Source: an uncultured Pseudomonadota bacterium
GTDB taxonomy: Bacteria; Babelota; Babeliae; Babelales; CAIQNR01
Length of the DNA: 64,000 nucleotides
Assembly (NCBI GenBank): GCA_964592275.1
Contig: CAZQDJ010000001.1
Coordinates: 4,770 to 68,769 of the forward strand
Reading direction: 5' to 3'
Position numbers and translations under genes: made by a program. The notes under the pieces are model-generated. The model did not search any database. It saw only the letters and a list, made by a program, of their open reading frames with translations, and was not told the origin of the DNA. Below, one piece after another: positions 18,913 through 28,835 of this stretch (the first letter of the stretch is position 1; each line of letters begins with the position of its first letter).

Positions 18913-21034
18913 TAATAAGTGTTAATTCAGCAACTCTATTCAAACGCTCTAGGGAAATAGGCATCCTGCGTTCTTCACTCTGAAGTCCATCAAAAAATTT
19001 CTCTAATAAAATTTCATGCCCTTTATCTGGATATCTCGTGCTTTCATTAAAACTATGTGATAAGCCAAATCCTTGGAGCACTTTATAATCATCCATTACA
19101 ATCGTTTTTGAATCGTAAAAAACTTCCATACGCTCTTTACCAAGCGCGCTATGTCCTAATGCAGTGTAAAGAAGGGTACAAATCGAACCATCATCAAAAC
19201 TTATTTGCGTTGAAAAGTTATCAGTAGGGAAAATATCATCAGAGCCTGGTTTTACCGATTCAACGGAAACTGCTACCGGCTTTGCTCCGGTTAAAAAACA
19301 AAAAAGATCAAAAATATGACAGGCTTCACCGATCACACGTCCAGCACCAAGTTCTGTTTGTGTCCAATGATCACCAGGAATATACCCAGCATTCATGCGA
19401 TAATGGATAACAACGGGAGACTTTCTTGAAACCAATTCCCACTTTATTTTTTGCATATACGGAGCAAACGAACGGTTATAATCTACGCAGAAAGGAACCT
19501 TTGGATTATCCACCAAAAATTTACTGATACGCGCATACTGCTCAAACGTTGTTGCCATAGGCTTTTCAAGAAACACCGCTTTTCCATGTGCAAGTGCTTC
19601 CATTGCTTGATCACAATGGAATTTGTGAGGAGAAGCAATGACTATCGCATCAACAATATCTTTTTCAAAAAGATCGTGTGAATCCGTTAACGCAACGGCT
19701 GCTCCATACGTACGACACACATTTTTCGCATTAGTAACATCAGTATCAACGATTGCCGAAATTTTTACATCGCGCACCTTAGAAACAAGAGGAAGAAGTT
19801 TAACTTTTGAAAAACCACCAACTCCTACAAATCCTACGCGCAATGAAGTTCCCACAGCAGGTGTAAAAGCAAGAGCTTTCACTGATAATGGCTTACGAAT
19901 GGCAGGAACAAAAGAAATTTCATTCTTAGGAGTGTAGCGTAAAATAACTCCTAAAACCTCTTTAGTTTTAATAAGTTCATATGCCTTTGTAACATCCTCT
20001 ATATAAAATTCTTTGGTTGCTAACTTATCAACGAACAGTTTTTTTTGAACTATTAGATCAACAATTGCTTCCATATTGCGATTTTCAGTCCAACGAACAT
20101 AATCGTATGGATAATCTTTTCCTTCTATTTCATACGAAGTATCATAGCGACCTGGACCATAAGAACAGGATATGAGAAGATCAATTTCTTTTTTATAAAG
20201 CGGGTTACGTTGTAAATCAAGACCAACATCTCCAACTACTACCACCTTACCTTTGCGCCGAGTTACTTCCATAGCAGCTTGTACAATCGCACTACTTGGA
20301 GTTGCTGCAGTAATAATCGTACAATCAACTCCGCGATGGTGAGTCAAAAATTCTAAATCTTTTTCGAACGTTTCTGAATCTGCCTTAAAAACATGATCTG
20401 CTCCAAGTTCAGAGGCAAGGGCCATACGTTCAGGAAGAAGATCAACACCAATTACTTTGCATCCGGCATTTTTTGCAAGTTGAACAGTAATTTGCCCAAG
20501 AAGCCCCAACCCCATCACACACACTGTTTCTCCAAGCTGAAGCTCAGCTCGTCGAATACCCTGCAACGCAATAGAACCTATCGTAGTAATACTTGCATGC
20601 TTTACAAAGGCTTCATCTTTAACGGCAACTACTAATTTTTCGGGAACACAAACAACATCAGCGTGATTAGCCCATCCAGCTCCCGCGCATGCTACAAAAT
20701 CTCCCGCTCGAAACTTAGTGACTTTTTTACCAACAGCAAGAACTCGCCCCGAACATGAATACCCAAGAGCCTGTAAATTACTTTTTAACTTTGTATTGAT
20801 AAGAGCGCTCGTACCACCAAATCCATTATCTGTAATTGATTGGAGCACTGCCTTAATTTTATGAGGAACGTTACTAAACATAACACTTCGCTGCGCATTG
20901 GAAATGGTGGCTGCTTCTGTCCCCGAACTTATAAAAGAATAATGTACAGAAATCAAAACCGATCGTTCATCCAACGAAGGTTGTGCCACTTCTTGAACAA
21001 TAAGAGATCCCTTATCTAAAAATAGTTGTCTCAC
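18857..21034 (-). CDS. bi-domain oxidoreductase: MDR/zinc-type alcohol dehydrogenase-like N-half fused to a Gfo/Idh/MocA C-half
   Basis: 725 aa. The N-half has a GroES-like part plus the Rossmann motif VCVMGLGLLGQ. The C-half has LRVGFVGVGGFS...EKPMA, typical of Gfo/Idh/MocA. Confidence 0.75.
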   Translation of the reverse strand: MRQLFLDKGSLIVQEVAQPSLDERSVLISVHYSFISSGTEAATISNAQRSVMFSNVPHKIKAVLQSITDNGFGGTSALINTKLKSNLQALGYSCSGRVLAVGKKVTKFRAGDFVACAGAGWANHADVVCVPEKLVVAVKDEAFVKHASITTIGSIALQGIRRAELQLGETVCVMGLGLLGQITVQLAKNAGCKVIGVDLLPERMALASELGADHVFKADSETFEKDLEFLTHHRGVDCTIITAATPSSAIVQAAMEVTRRKGKVVVVGDVGLDLQRNPLYKKEIDLLISCSYGPGRYDTSYEIEGKDYPYDYVRWTENRNMEAIVDLIVQKKLFVDKLATKEFYIEDVTKAYELIKTKEVLGVILRYTPKNEISFVPAIRKPLSVKALAFTPAVGTSLRVGFVGVGGFSKVKLLPLVSKVRDVKISAIVDTDVTNAKNVCRTYGAAVALTDSHDLFEKDIVDAIVIASPHKFHCDQAMEALAHGKAVFLEKPMATTFEQYARISKFLVDNPKVPFCVDYNRSFAPYMQKIKWELVSRKSPVVIHYRMNAGYIPGDHWTQTELGAGRVIGEACHIFDLFCFLTGAKPVAVSVESVKPGSDDIFPTDNFSTQISFDDGSICTLLYTALGHSALGKERMEVFYDSKTIVMDDYKVLQGFGLSHSFNESTRYPDKGHEILLEKFFDGLQSEERRMPISLERLNRVAELTLIIDELVCKGGGNKEFSYGE

Positions 21035-22425
21035 GGGTTCCCCCCTTTCTCAACAGAGCGTTGTCCCAACATGTGTGCCATTTTTGCTTGTTCTTTTTGC
21101 ACTACTTCTTCGTAACTACGGGCGGCCCAAAAGAACTGTTCTTGCGACACTGATTGCTCATGTGGAGCATGCAATAACCCACAAAAATCAATAAATTTTT
21201 TATGCGCTACTAATTTTTTATCAAGAGATTTAAAAGGAGTATGAGGAACTAAACAGACAACAATATCTGCCATCTCTAAGCCATCTTCTAATGAAACAGC
21301 ATGACGAGCAACATCAAGTCCCAAAGCTTGTTTAGCAACATTTGGCTCACAAACAAAGATTTCCATTTCATTTTTTTTAATTAAATGACGAGCAATTTGA
21401 AGCGCTGGCGATTCACGCAAGTCATCAACATCAGCTTTATAAGTAACCCCAAGGAGCACTACTCGGCAAGTCTTTGCTGCATGCAACTCTTTCCATTTTG
21501 CTACTTTTTGTTCAAGAGCAGCGATTACTTCAAGCGGTCGTTTCTCATTAACAAGACGAGCTTCTTTTAACAATGTCGTTTGCGCTGGAAACGTTTCTAT
21601 CAAAAAATAAGGGTCAACAGCCAAACAATGACCTCCAACTCCACTGGTTGGGCGCAAAATGTTAACGCGTGGATGCTTATTTGCAAGATCTATTAATTCG
21701 TAAGGATCAATACCAACAACTTGAGCCATTGAAGCAACCTGATGCGCAAATGCAATATTTACATCACGGTAACTATTTTCAATAAGTTTTGTCATTTCAG
21801 CAGTTTCAGCAGTAGTTAAATATAAGTCACCACTCACAAAATATTTATAAAATTTAGCAACGTGTTGCGTTGAACCACGATCAACACCACCGATAATGCG
21901 ATCATTTACTTTAAGTTCATGGAAAATATTTCCAGGAAGCACTCGTTCTGGACAATGAGCAACAAAAAAATCTTGCCCCACAGAAAGGCCTGTTTTTGAA
22001 GATAAAAATTGCCCCAATGCTTTTGTAGTACCAACAGGAACAGTTGATTCTAAAATAACCGTATCCCCTGCTTTTAAAACACCTGCTATGGAAGCAGCGG
22101 CTGCAAATACATAAGAAAGATCTGCTTTTTTATCAGCAGTAAACGGAGTAGGAACTGCTATAATAAAAAAATCAGCAGGCTCATACACTGTCGTAGCATA
22201 AAAATATTCCGTGTTTAAAACCGTCTTAAGTTTTTCTACAATTTCAGGTTCTTGAATAATTGGACAGCATCTATTAATACATGCGACAGAGTCTTCGTTA
22301 ATATCAATGCCAACAACTTTGAGTCCTGCTTGTGCTGCAACAATGGCAGTAGGCAATCCTATATACCCAAGACCAACAACACATACTTTTTTTATTTCAT
22401 TAAGAGATGCTTTTTTCATACTCAT
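21031..22425 (-). CDS. wecC: UDP-N-acetyl-D-mannosamine (nucleotide-sugar) dehydrogenase
   Basis: About 464 aa from the ATG at 22425 (RBS aggaaagg). KKVCVVGLGYIGLPTA Rossmann motif and the catalytic region GVGGHCL. Immediately downstream of wecB. Confidence 0.75.
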   Translation of the reverse strand: MSMKKASLNEIKKVCVVGLGYIGLPTAIVAAQAGLKVVGIDINEDSVACINRCCPIIQEPEIVEKLKTVLNTEYFYATTVYEPADFFIIAVPTPFTADKKADLSYVFAAAASIAGVLKAGDTVILESTVPVGTTKALGQFLSSKTGLSVGQDFFVAHCPERVLPGNIFHELKVNDRIIGGVDRGSTQHVAKFYKYFVSGDLYLTTAETAEMTKLIENSYRDVNIAFAHQVASMAQVVGIDPYELIDLANKHPRVNILRPTSGVGGHCLAVDPYFLIETFPAQTTLLKEARLVNEKRPLEVIAALEQKVAKWKELHAAKTCRVVLLGVTYKADVDDLRESPALQIARHLIKKNEMEIFVCEPNVAKQALGLDVARHAVSLEDGLEMADIVVCLVPHTPFKSLDKKLVAHKKFIDFCGLLHAPHEQSVSQEQFFWAARSYEEVVQKEQAKMAHMLGQRSVEKGGNP

Positions 22426-23596
22426 ATCCTTTCCTCTGGTAATCACACTCCCTACTTTCTTCGTACTGCTTCATTCGTAAGGTCTTAACAATCTCCACAA
22501 TACGATCTGCAGAAAACCCATCTCCGTAAACAGAATTACGTATTAATTGCTGTTTTTTTTCATCATCCAAACTACTCGCAAGAGCTTTTAGGATAGCATT
22601 TTCTTGCGTTCCTACTAGTACCGCAAGCCCTTCCCATACTCCTTCCATTCTTTCACTTTTTTCTCGTAAGACAAGTACATTCTTACCCATACTTACTGCT
22701 TCTTCCTGAATACCTCCTGAATCAGTCATAACACAATCAACAGATTGCAAAAGGAAGACCAGTTCGTGATATGCAAGAGGAGGGAAAAGGGAAATATTTT
22801 GCTCATCAGCAAGCTGTACTTCTGCTAATGCAGCCATCACAACAGGATTAGGATGATAGGGATAAAAAAAAGCAGTTTCAGGATGCATTTGTGCATATCG
22901 CTTTACTGCACGAAGAATACGCACAATTCCATCAGGGAACGATTCTCTTCTATGTGCAGTCACCAACACTTTTTTGTAACCCCGATCATCAGCCATCTTG
23001 ACTGCAGAAAAAAGTTCAGGACAAATACGTACACTTCCCACTTTTATTTTTTCTTCAATAATACGAAGTGCATCAACCACTGTATTGCCCACACAAAAAA
23101 CAGTGCTTCGCTTTTTTCCTTCGGCAAGAAGATTTCCCGTAGCAAGAGAAGTTGGTGCAAAATGATACTGAGCAAGAAGGCCAACAATACAACGATGTGC
23201 TTCTTCAGGATAGGGGTTCAACATATCCCCTGTTCTCAAGCCAGCTTCAACATGACCTACTGGAATTTTTTCATAAAAAGCTGCCAATGCTGCTGCCATA
23301 ACCGTTGTTGTATCACCTTGGAGTAGCACCAATGAAGGCTTGTGACGCGCATACACTTCCTTCATCGATTCAAGAACTGCACAAGTAAGATATGAAAGAT
23401 CCTGGCCAGGCTTCATTAAAGAAAGTTTGATATCAGGCGTTACCGAAAAAAGAGTAAATACTTCATCAAGCAGGGAACAATGCTGACCTGTTGAACAAAT
23501 GATTACAGGAACACCTGCGCGCTTTAAAGCAAAGAAGATAGGCATCATTTTGATACCTTCTGGTCGAGTTCCTACCACCAACATAACAGGTTGCAT
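22400..23596 (-). CDS. wecB: UDP-N-acetylglucosamine 2-epimerase (non-hydrolysing)
   Basis: About 398 aa from the ATG at 23596 (GGGAG RBS). MLVVGTRPEGIKM and HVEAGLRT motifs. Confidence 0.88.
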   Translation of the reverse strand: MQPVMLVVGTRPEGIKMMPIFFALKRAGVPVIICSTGQHCSLLDEVFTLFSVTPDIKLSLMKPGQDLSYLTCAVLESMKEVYARHKPSLVLLQGDTTTVMAAALAAFYEKIPVGHVEAGLRTGDMLNPYPEEAHRCIVGLLAQYHFAPTSLATGNLLAEGKKRSTVFCVGNTVVDALRIIEEKIKVGSVRICPELFSAVKMADDRGYKKVLVTAHRRESFPDGIVRILRAVKRYAQMHPETAFFYPYHPNPVVMAALAEVQLADEQNISLFPPLAYHELVFLLQSVDCVMTDSGGIQEEAVSMGKNVLVLREKSERMEGVWEGLAVLVGTQENAILKALASSLDDEKKQQLIRNSVYGDGFSADRIVEIVKTLRMKQYEESRECDYQRKGYEYEKSIS

Positions 23597-23755
23597 CGCC
23601 ACTCCCTTTTTAATCATTACTGATTACGCTTAAATCGCAGATCACTTTACCATTTCACCTTATTGTTAGCAAAAAGAGAGATTTATTGATTGCCTACCAT
23701 AACCAAAGTAAACTATCTTCTTTTTATCATCTCCAAAACTAACAGGGTAAAAAGT

Positions 23756-24277
23756 ATGAATATTCTCTATGCTCCGTGGCGCGAAGAATACACAAATGCA
23801 ACCGCACATGGCCCAAAAGGGCAAGAGGGTGTCGGCCCTGAAAATTGTGTCTTTTGTCCTCGTTTTTCGCAAACAAATGATGAAGAAAATTTTATCCTCG
23901 CCCGTTACCAATACACCTGTATCATGTTAAACCGTTATCCTTATAACTCCGGACACCTTCTGATACTTCCTTTTGAACACAATGGAGCACTTGAAGATCT
24001 TTCTATTGAAACACAAAAAGAGCTCATTCAGCTTATCTCACACAGTACAGTTATTTTGAAAAAAGAGCTTAAAGCCCAAGGTATTAACGTTGGAATAAAT
24101 CTTGGAAAAGCTGCAGGAGCTGGAATACCTTCACATCTTCACGTACATGTATTGCCTCGCTGGTTTGGGGACACCAACTTCTTACCAACCCTTTCTGAAA
24201 CCAAACAAGTTTCTAGCGATCTTGGAAAACTTTATAAAGACTTAAGCCCAAAGTTTAAAAACCTCCCCCTTTATTAA
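23756..24277 (+). CDS. HIT-family nucleotide hydrolase/transferase
   Basis: 173 aa from the ATG at 23756. Histidine triad HLHVHVLPR. N-terminal YAPWREEY and NRYPYNSGHLLI are typical of the Ap4A-phosphorylase-like HIT branch. Confidence 0.8.
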   Translation: MNILYAPWREEYTNATAHGPKGQEGVGPENCVFCPRFSQTNDEENFILARYQYTCIMLNRYPYNSGHLLILPFEHNGALEDLSIETQKELIQLISHSTVILKKELKAQGINVGINLGKAAGAGIPSHLHVHVLPRWFGDTNFLPTLSETKQVSSDLGKLYKDLSPKFKNLPLY

Positions 24278-24392
24278 TGCTATTAGAATAGTGAGCCAAA
24301 CACCCCTTTGCCCCCTTTTTTAAAACAAGTATCTTTATCATAATTGCTTAGAGATTTACCTAAAACGACAATTAACTGTGGAGGTTATGGTC

Positions 24393-25388
24393 ATGAAACT
24401 GATTTCAAGAAATGTATCTTTTATTTTTATAAGCATACTAATGTCCCAAAATTGCACCCTGCAAGCTGTTACATCAGTACTAAATGATCCAGCTGGTTAT
24501 ACTTTGAAAACTATAGGATCAGCAATAGTGTATGTCACTCCGATAGTCACAGACTATCTTAAAACTATAAAGGCAGCTGTCATAAGTAATATTATTACGC
24601 CTACTTATAATGCAGAGGCGATCCTTGCTAAAGCACAATCCATTAATGATGGCTCACTTCTAAACGGTATTAGTGTACTTGAACCTGCTACGAAGCATAT
24701 TCTTACTCCTATAGATTTACAGACTTTACTGCTAAATCAATCAGACTCTGCATTTACCGTAGTCAAATCAATTCAACAAGGTTCAAACAATTTTGGACTT
24801 TTGAATTATTGGGCACCAAAAGTAAATGTCACTGAAGTCGCTCAAGAAATTGTTAAAAACACAGGAAATACAGCAAGTTCTTATGTTCCCGATGTAAGCT
24901 CTTTGATTCCCGATGTAAGCTCTTATATACCTGATGTAAAGCATCATATTCCCGATGTAAGGAGGACCCCTGATGTGAATTCTTGGATCAAAAGTATTCC
25001 TTCACCAAGCGAAATCATTTCAAAAATTCCCGTTATCTCAACCATTGTTAAACATCCAGGAAAAAGTATTGCTCTTTATCTTGCTGTCGGATGCGCAGCC
25101 GTCTATACCATTAAACGACTTCAATTGTATTACTTACAAAAAGAGTTTTTAAAAACTCTTGAAGCTACAGAGGCAACTCGTGACCCTCACCAATGGACAC
25201 AATGCAAAGATATGATGCATCAATTTTCTCCTACAAATTATCCTAACATCAATGCTATAAATACTGAGATGGCAATGAAATTTGTAACCAATTTAAGTCC
25301 AGCTGATATAAGCAACAAATTTCTTAAAAAGTTTTTTCCTCTCCATACATTGGTAGCATATGCTGCAAATGTAATGTCGAATATTTAA
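24393..25388 (+). CDS. hypothetical secreted/membrane protein with heptad repeats
   Basis: GGAGG RBS 8 nt upstream of the ATG at 24393. Signal-like N-terminus, an internal xPDV(S/K)xx heptads region, and a TM segment (SIALYLAVGCAAVYTI) near residue 235. Confidence 0.55.
   Translation: MKLISRNVSFIFISILMSQNCTLQAVTSVLNDPAGYTLKTIGSAIVYVTPIVTDYLKTIKAAVISNIITPTYNAEAILAKAQSINDGSLLNGISVLEPATKHILTPIDLQTLLLNQSDSAFTVVKSIQQGSNNFGLLNYWAPKVNVTEVAQEIVKNTGNTASSYVPDVSSLIPDVSSYIPDVKHHIPDVRRTPDVNSWIKSIPSPSEIISKIPVISTIVKHPGKSIALYLAVGCAAVYTIKRLQLYYLQKEFLKTLEATEATRDPHQWTQCKDMMHQFSPTNYPNINAINTEMAMKFVTNLSPADISNKFLKKFFPLHTLVAYAANVMSNI
24885..24985 (+). repeat. 21-bp tandem repeat (about 4.5 units) inside the CDS
   Basis: Units are gttcccgatgtaagctctttg / attcccgatgtaagctcttat / atacctgatgtaaagcatcat / attcccgatgtaaggaggacc / cctgatgtgaattc. 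They encode VPDVSSL IPDVSSY IPDVKHH IPDVRRT PDVNS. Confidence 0.85.
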
Positions 25389-25421
25389 CACATACGATAA
25401 GTCAAAAAGATACTATGAGTG

Positions 25422-25457
25422 GGACAGAGATTTTTACGAATTTCTGTCCTTTTTTTT
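25422..25457 (+). terminator. rho-independent terminator between convergent genes
   Basis: GGACAGAGATTT-TTACG-AATTTCTGTCC hairpin (one mismatch or wobble) followed by T8. Confidence 0.6.
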
Positions 25458-25481
25458 ACAGCACTAAAAAAACTTTAAAAA

Positions 25482-26021
25482 TTATAGAGAAAATTCGGCA
25501 AGAGGCCATGGTTCACTAAAATCAAGATGAATATCTTGTAGAGGTTCGTGACGCACTAAAATGTAAAGGAGTGAAGCAGCGCATCCTTGTTCTTTATAAT
25601 TTTTTAGCAAGGCTGAAATAAAAGATTCTTTCTGATGGATTGACCAGTTTTTTTCAAAAGGATTGTGATCAAACGATACGTACATTTCGTAACCAGATGG
25701 AGAAAATAACACACTTTCAGCCTTTATTTTTTTTGAAAGAATAGATTCATCGTAAAGCCATGCAAGCCAGGTAGTTGTCAAAAGTTTAAAATTTTCCTGG
25801 TTACTTTCTGCCCAAAGAATTTGGAATGATTCCTTAATCCAATCACTATTTTTTTCTCTCCACAACGTAATATTTTTCTTCTCTACCACAGAAGTAGCTT
25901 GTTTATGATGTGATGGTTTGTGCCAATAAATAACTAACCATTCTTGATAAGTACAAAAGAAAACGAGACCTGCTAGAAACCCAATGATTGAAAAAACTAC
26001 CATTAAATTTTTCTTATTCAT
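25482..26021 (-). CDS. hypothetical membrane-anchored protein
   Basis: About 179 aa from the ATG at 26021. N-terminal anchor MVVFSIIGFLAGLVFF. Overlaps the end of the amidase-like gene, so probably co-transcribed with it. Confidence 0.5.
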   Translation of the reverse strand: MNKKNLMVVFSIIGFLAGLVFFCTYQEWLVIYWHKPSHHKQATSVVEKKNITLWREKNSDWIKESFQILWAESNQENFKLLTTTWLAWLYDESILSKKIKAESVLFSPSGYEMYVSFDHNPFEKNWSIHQKESFISALLKNYKEQGCAASLLYILVRHEPLQDIHLDFSEPWPLAEFSL

Positions 26022-26655
26022 GCACATTTTTGCTCGCAATCATAATCACTTCTTTAAGGCCCTCAAAAAGTTGTGAAAAATATACTTTCCACTCCTTTTG
26101 TTTGCTTATTCCAATCTCAACGAGAAATGAAGGCGCAATGACTGCTTGTAAAGGTTTAAGAGGTAGTGCGATTGGTTTAAAAACAGGAATCACACCATTA
26201 TTTTTTGCCGTGTTAAAAAATAGAGAAGCAATTTTTTTTGATGTTTGAGCATGTTTTTCATGCACTCTATGTGCTGGAGTAAACGTAAGCAATTCATTCT
26301 TTTGTTGATGGATGTTTTCTGAGTTCTGTGTTGAACAAGTATAGATACGAATAGTTTTTGCACTTTCAATTTCAATAAAAACATTAAGAACAATATGTAA
26401 ATCAGCATTGATACAGTTAGAAAAAGAAGCTGATTGCAGAGGGTCAATTGTTTCTTGTGATGTCCGAGAAAGTACAATACGTACGTCGTGTGGAAAAATA
26501 TCTTCAAGTGACTGTTTTAACCAAGTGAGAGCTTCGTGAGAACCAGTTGTATCGTGTTGCACTCCTTGATCAAGCACAACAGTAAAAAAACGTGCAGAAA
26601 TGGTTGTGGAAAACATTGTGAAAAGCATTAGAAAAAAAAACTGTTTTATCTGCAT
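26014..26655 (-). CDS. amidase_3 (AmiC-type N-acetylmuramoyl-L-alanine amidase)-like protein, apparently degenerate
   Basis: 213 aa with a signal peptide. The layout VVLDQGVQHD...VLSRT...NADLHIVLNVF...PSFLVEIGIS parallels the amidase_3 pattern IDPGHGG.D...LTR...ADLFISIHANA...PAVLVEVGF, but the usual Zn ligands are substituted. Confidence 0.45.
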   Translation of the reverse strand: MQIKQFFFLMLFTMFSTTISARFFTVVLDQGVQHDTTGSHEALTWLKQSLEDIFPHDVRIVLSRTSQETIDPLQSASFSNCINADLHIVLNVFIEIESAKTIRIYTCSTQNSENIHQQKNELLTFTPAHRVHEKHAQTSKKIASLFFNTAKNNGVIPVFKPIALPLKPLQAVIAPSFLVEIGISKQKEWKVYFSQLFEGLKEVIMIASKNVHE

Positions 26656-28820
26656 GCTAAATCACTGGTTAAATAGTGAGTAAGAAACGTAAGACGTTCC
26701 GTTCCTTTAGTGTTTTTAATGGCCATGGCAAGCGCTTTATATTGACCAATAATAAAACATACTTTTTTTGCTCGTGTCAGCGCTGTGTAAACAAGATTGC
26801 GTTGCAAGAGAGTAAAATGTTGCATAAAGAGAGGAATGATGACTGCTGAAAATTCTGACCCTTGGCTTTTATGAATTGAGATAGCATATGCCAAAGTAAG
26901 TTCATCAAGTTCAGAAAAATCATAATCAACCTCCTTTTCTGGGAAGGTAACAGTTAAAATTTTATCTTCTTCATCAATTTTACTAATGGTACCAATATCA
27001 CCATTGAATACATGTTTATCGTAATTGTTTCTGATTTGCATTACAGGGTCATCAATTTTAAAAGTGGAAAACATACGTTGTACTTGTGCTTTTTTTTCTG
27101 AGTTTAATAGAAGCTGCATGTCTTGGTTAAGTTTTTGTGTTCCTGCAATGCCACGATTCATAGGAGCCAAAATAAGAGCATCCTGAACATTTATGCCAAA
27201 ACGAGGAAGGAGTCCATGTATAATTTTTTTAAGATGAAGTGGAAGGTTAGCAGGATCTTCTTCTGCAATAAAAAAGTAATCTTGAAATGTACATTCTGCT
27301 TTTGAAACAGGCATCTCCCCTTTGTTGATACGGTGAGCATTGTACGTAATTAAACTATTTTGCGCTTGTCTAAAAATATAACTGAGTTTGGTAACAGGAA
27401 CAGTATTGCTTGCAATAAGATCTCGTAAAAAATTTCCTGCGCCAACAGGGGGCAATTGATCAATATCACCAATAAAAATAATGTGTGCCGTAAAAGGAAT
27501 TGATTTTATTAATGCGTATGCAAGAAACGCATCAATCATAGATGCTTCATCAACAATGAGATAATCAACTTTAAGCGAATGCTGTTCGTTATAGGTAAAT
27601 GTCATAGTATGAGGATTAAATTCTAGAAGCCGATGAATAGTAACCGCAAAACGCCCTGTGCTTTCCATCATACGCTTTGCTGCGCGTCCGGTAGGTGCAG
27701 TTAATTTATAGCCAATCTGTAGTCCATCCAGAATACCAAGTAATTTTTTAATCAGTGTTGTTTTCCCTGTTCCAGGACCTCCTGTAATAATAGAAACTTT
27801 TGCTTGAAGACAATCGATAATCCCTTTTTGCTGTGCTTCATTAAGCTCGACTTCATCTTCTTTAGGTATACGTAACGATTGATAGATTGCGTCAATATCA
27901 AATGAGCGGGTTGAGTAATGATTAATAACCGTATCTAACTTTGCAGCAATGTTTTTTTCGACATAATAATGTTGAGCAAGGGTTACGTAATGTTTATTAT
28001 CGTACGTTACTAATTTTATTTTTTGCATTTCATGAAGTTCATGGAACGAGCGTTTAAGCGTTGCTTGAACCTCTGGCTCTTCTTCAAGCTCTAGCAGTTC
28101 CAATGTTTTCTTTTTAAGCTCATCAAGTTCAACATAAAGATGACCAAAAGTGGTTGCAGTGGTAATGGCAAAAATAATGCCAGCTTTTATGCGTTTTGCT
28201 GATTTTTTTTCAAACCCAAGATTTTGCGCAAGAAGATCAGCCATTTTAAAACCAATACCCCACACTTCTTCTGCCAGGCGATAGGGATTTTCAGTGACGA
28301 TAGCAACGGAACTTGTCCCATATTTTTTATAAATTTTTGCTGCATAAGCAGGAGATGCACCTTTTTCCTGCAAAAAGACCATAATTTTTGCGATATCTTT
28401 TTGATCTTTCCATGCGGCAATGATCTGTTCAAGCCGCTTAGGTCCAATACCAGAAACTTCTGAAAGTCGTTCTGGGTGCTTATCGATAACTTCAAGAACG
28501 GTGGCACCAAAAGCGTTGACCAATTTGTCAGCATAGGTTTTCCCAATGCCTTTAATCATTCCTGAACTTAAATATCTTCGTAGACCAAGAACACTGGTTG
28601 GCAGGGTTGCTTTGCACGATTGTGCATCGAACTGTTTGCCAAATTTAGGATGAGTAACCCATGCACCTTCAACTTCCACATCTTGTCCTGGATGGAAAGA
28701 AACTGCATGGGCACGAACAACTATTGAAGTTTCACGCTCAACTTTGAGAAGGAACACACAAAAGCTTTTTTCGCTATCTTGAAAAAGAAATCGTTCAACT
28801 GTTCCGCTTAGTGTTTCCAT
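26646..28820 (-). CDS. recD2: RecD2-type SF1B ATP-dependent DNA helicase
   Basis: 724 aa. N-terminal OB/HhH region, Walker A ITGGPGTGKTT, Walker B YLIVDEASM, and the C-terminal AISIHKSQGSEF motif. Confidence 0.85.
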   Translation of the reverse strand: METLSGTVERFLFQDSEKSFCVFLLKVERETSIVVRAHAVSFHPGQDVEVEGAWVTHPKFGKQFDAQSCKATLPTSVLGLRRYLSSGMIKGIGKTYADKLVNAFGATVLEVIDKHPERLSEVSGIGPKRLEQIIAAWKDQKDIAKIMVFLQEKGASPAYAAKIYKKYGTSSVAIVTENPYRLAEEVWGIGFKMADLLAQNLGFEKKSAKRIKAGIIFAITTATTFGHLYVELDELKKKTLELLELEEEPEVQATLKRSFHELHEMQKIKLVTYDNKHYVTLAQHYYVEKNIAAKLDTVINHYSTRSFDIDAIYQSLRIPKEDEVELNEAQQKGIIDCLQAKVSIITGGPGTGKTTLIKKLLGILDGLQIGYKLTAPTGRAAKRMMESTGRFAVTIHRLLEFNPHTMTFTYNEQHSLKVDYLIVDEASMIDAFLAYALIKSIPFTAHIIFIGDIDQLPPVGAGNFLRDLIASNTVPVTKLSYIFRQAQNSLITYNAHRINKGEMPVSKAECTFQDYFFIAEEDPANLPLHLKKIIHGLLPRFGINVQDALILAPMNRGIAGTQKLNQDMQLLLNSEKKAQVQRMFSTFKIDDPVMQIRNNYDKHVFNGDIGTISKIDEEDKILTVTFPEKEVDYDFSELDELTLAYAISIHKSQGSEFSAVIIPLFMQHFTLLQRNLVYTALTRAKKVCFIIGQYKALAMAIKNTKGTERLTFLTHYLTSDLACR

Positions 28821-28835
28821 ATCGTTGAGGTGACC

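Noticed and set aside
762-23326. Numerous 60-160 aa ORFs in the track nested inside or antisense to long genes (for example 762..950, 1167..1499, 5610..5825, 11175..11411, 15902..16252, 19638..19937, 22853..23326)
   Set aside because: All lie within longer ORFs that have clear family motifs. Their translations are low-complexity or Lys/Phe/Ile-rich, as expected from AT-rich shadow frames. None has an independent RBS or motif.
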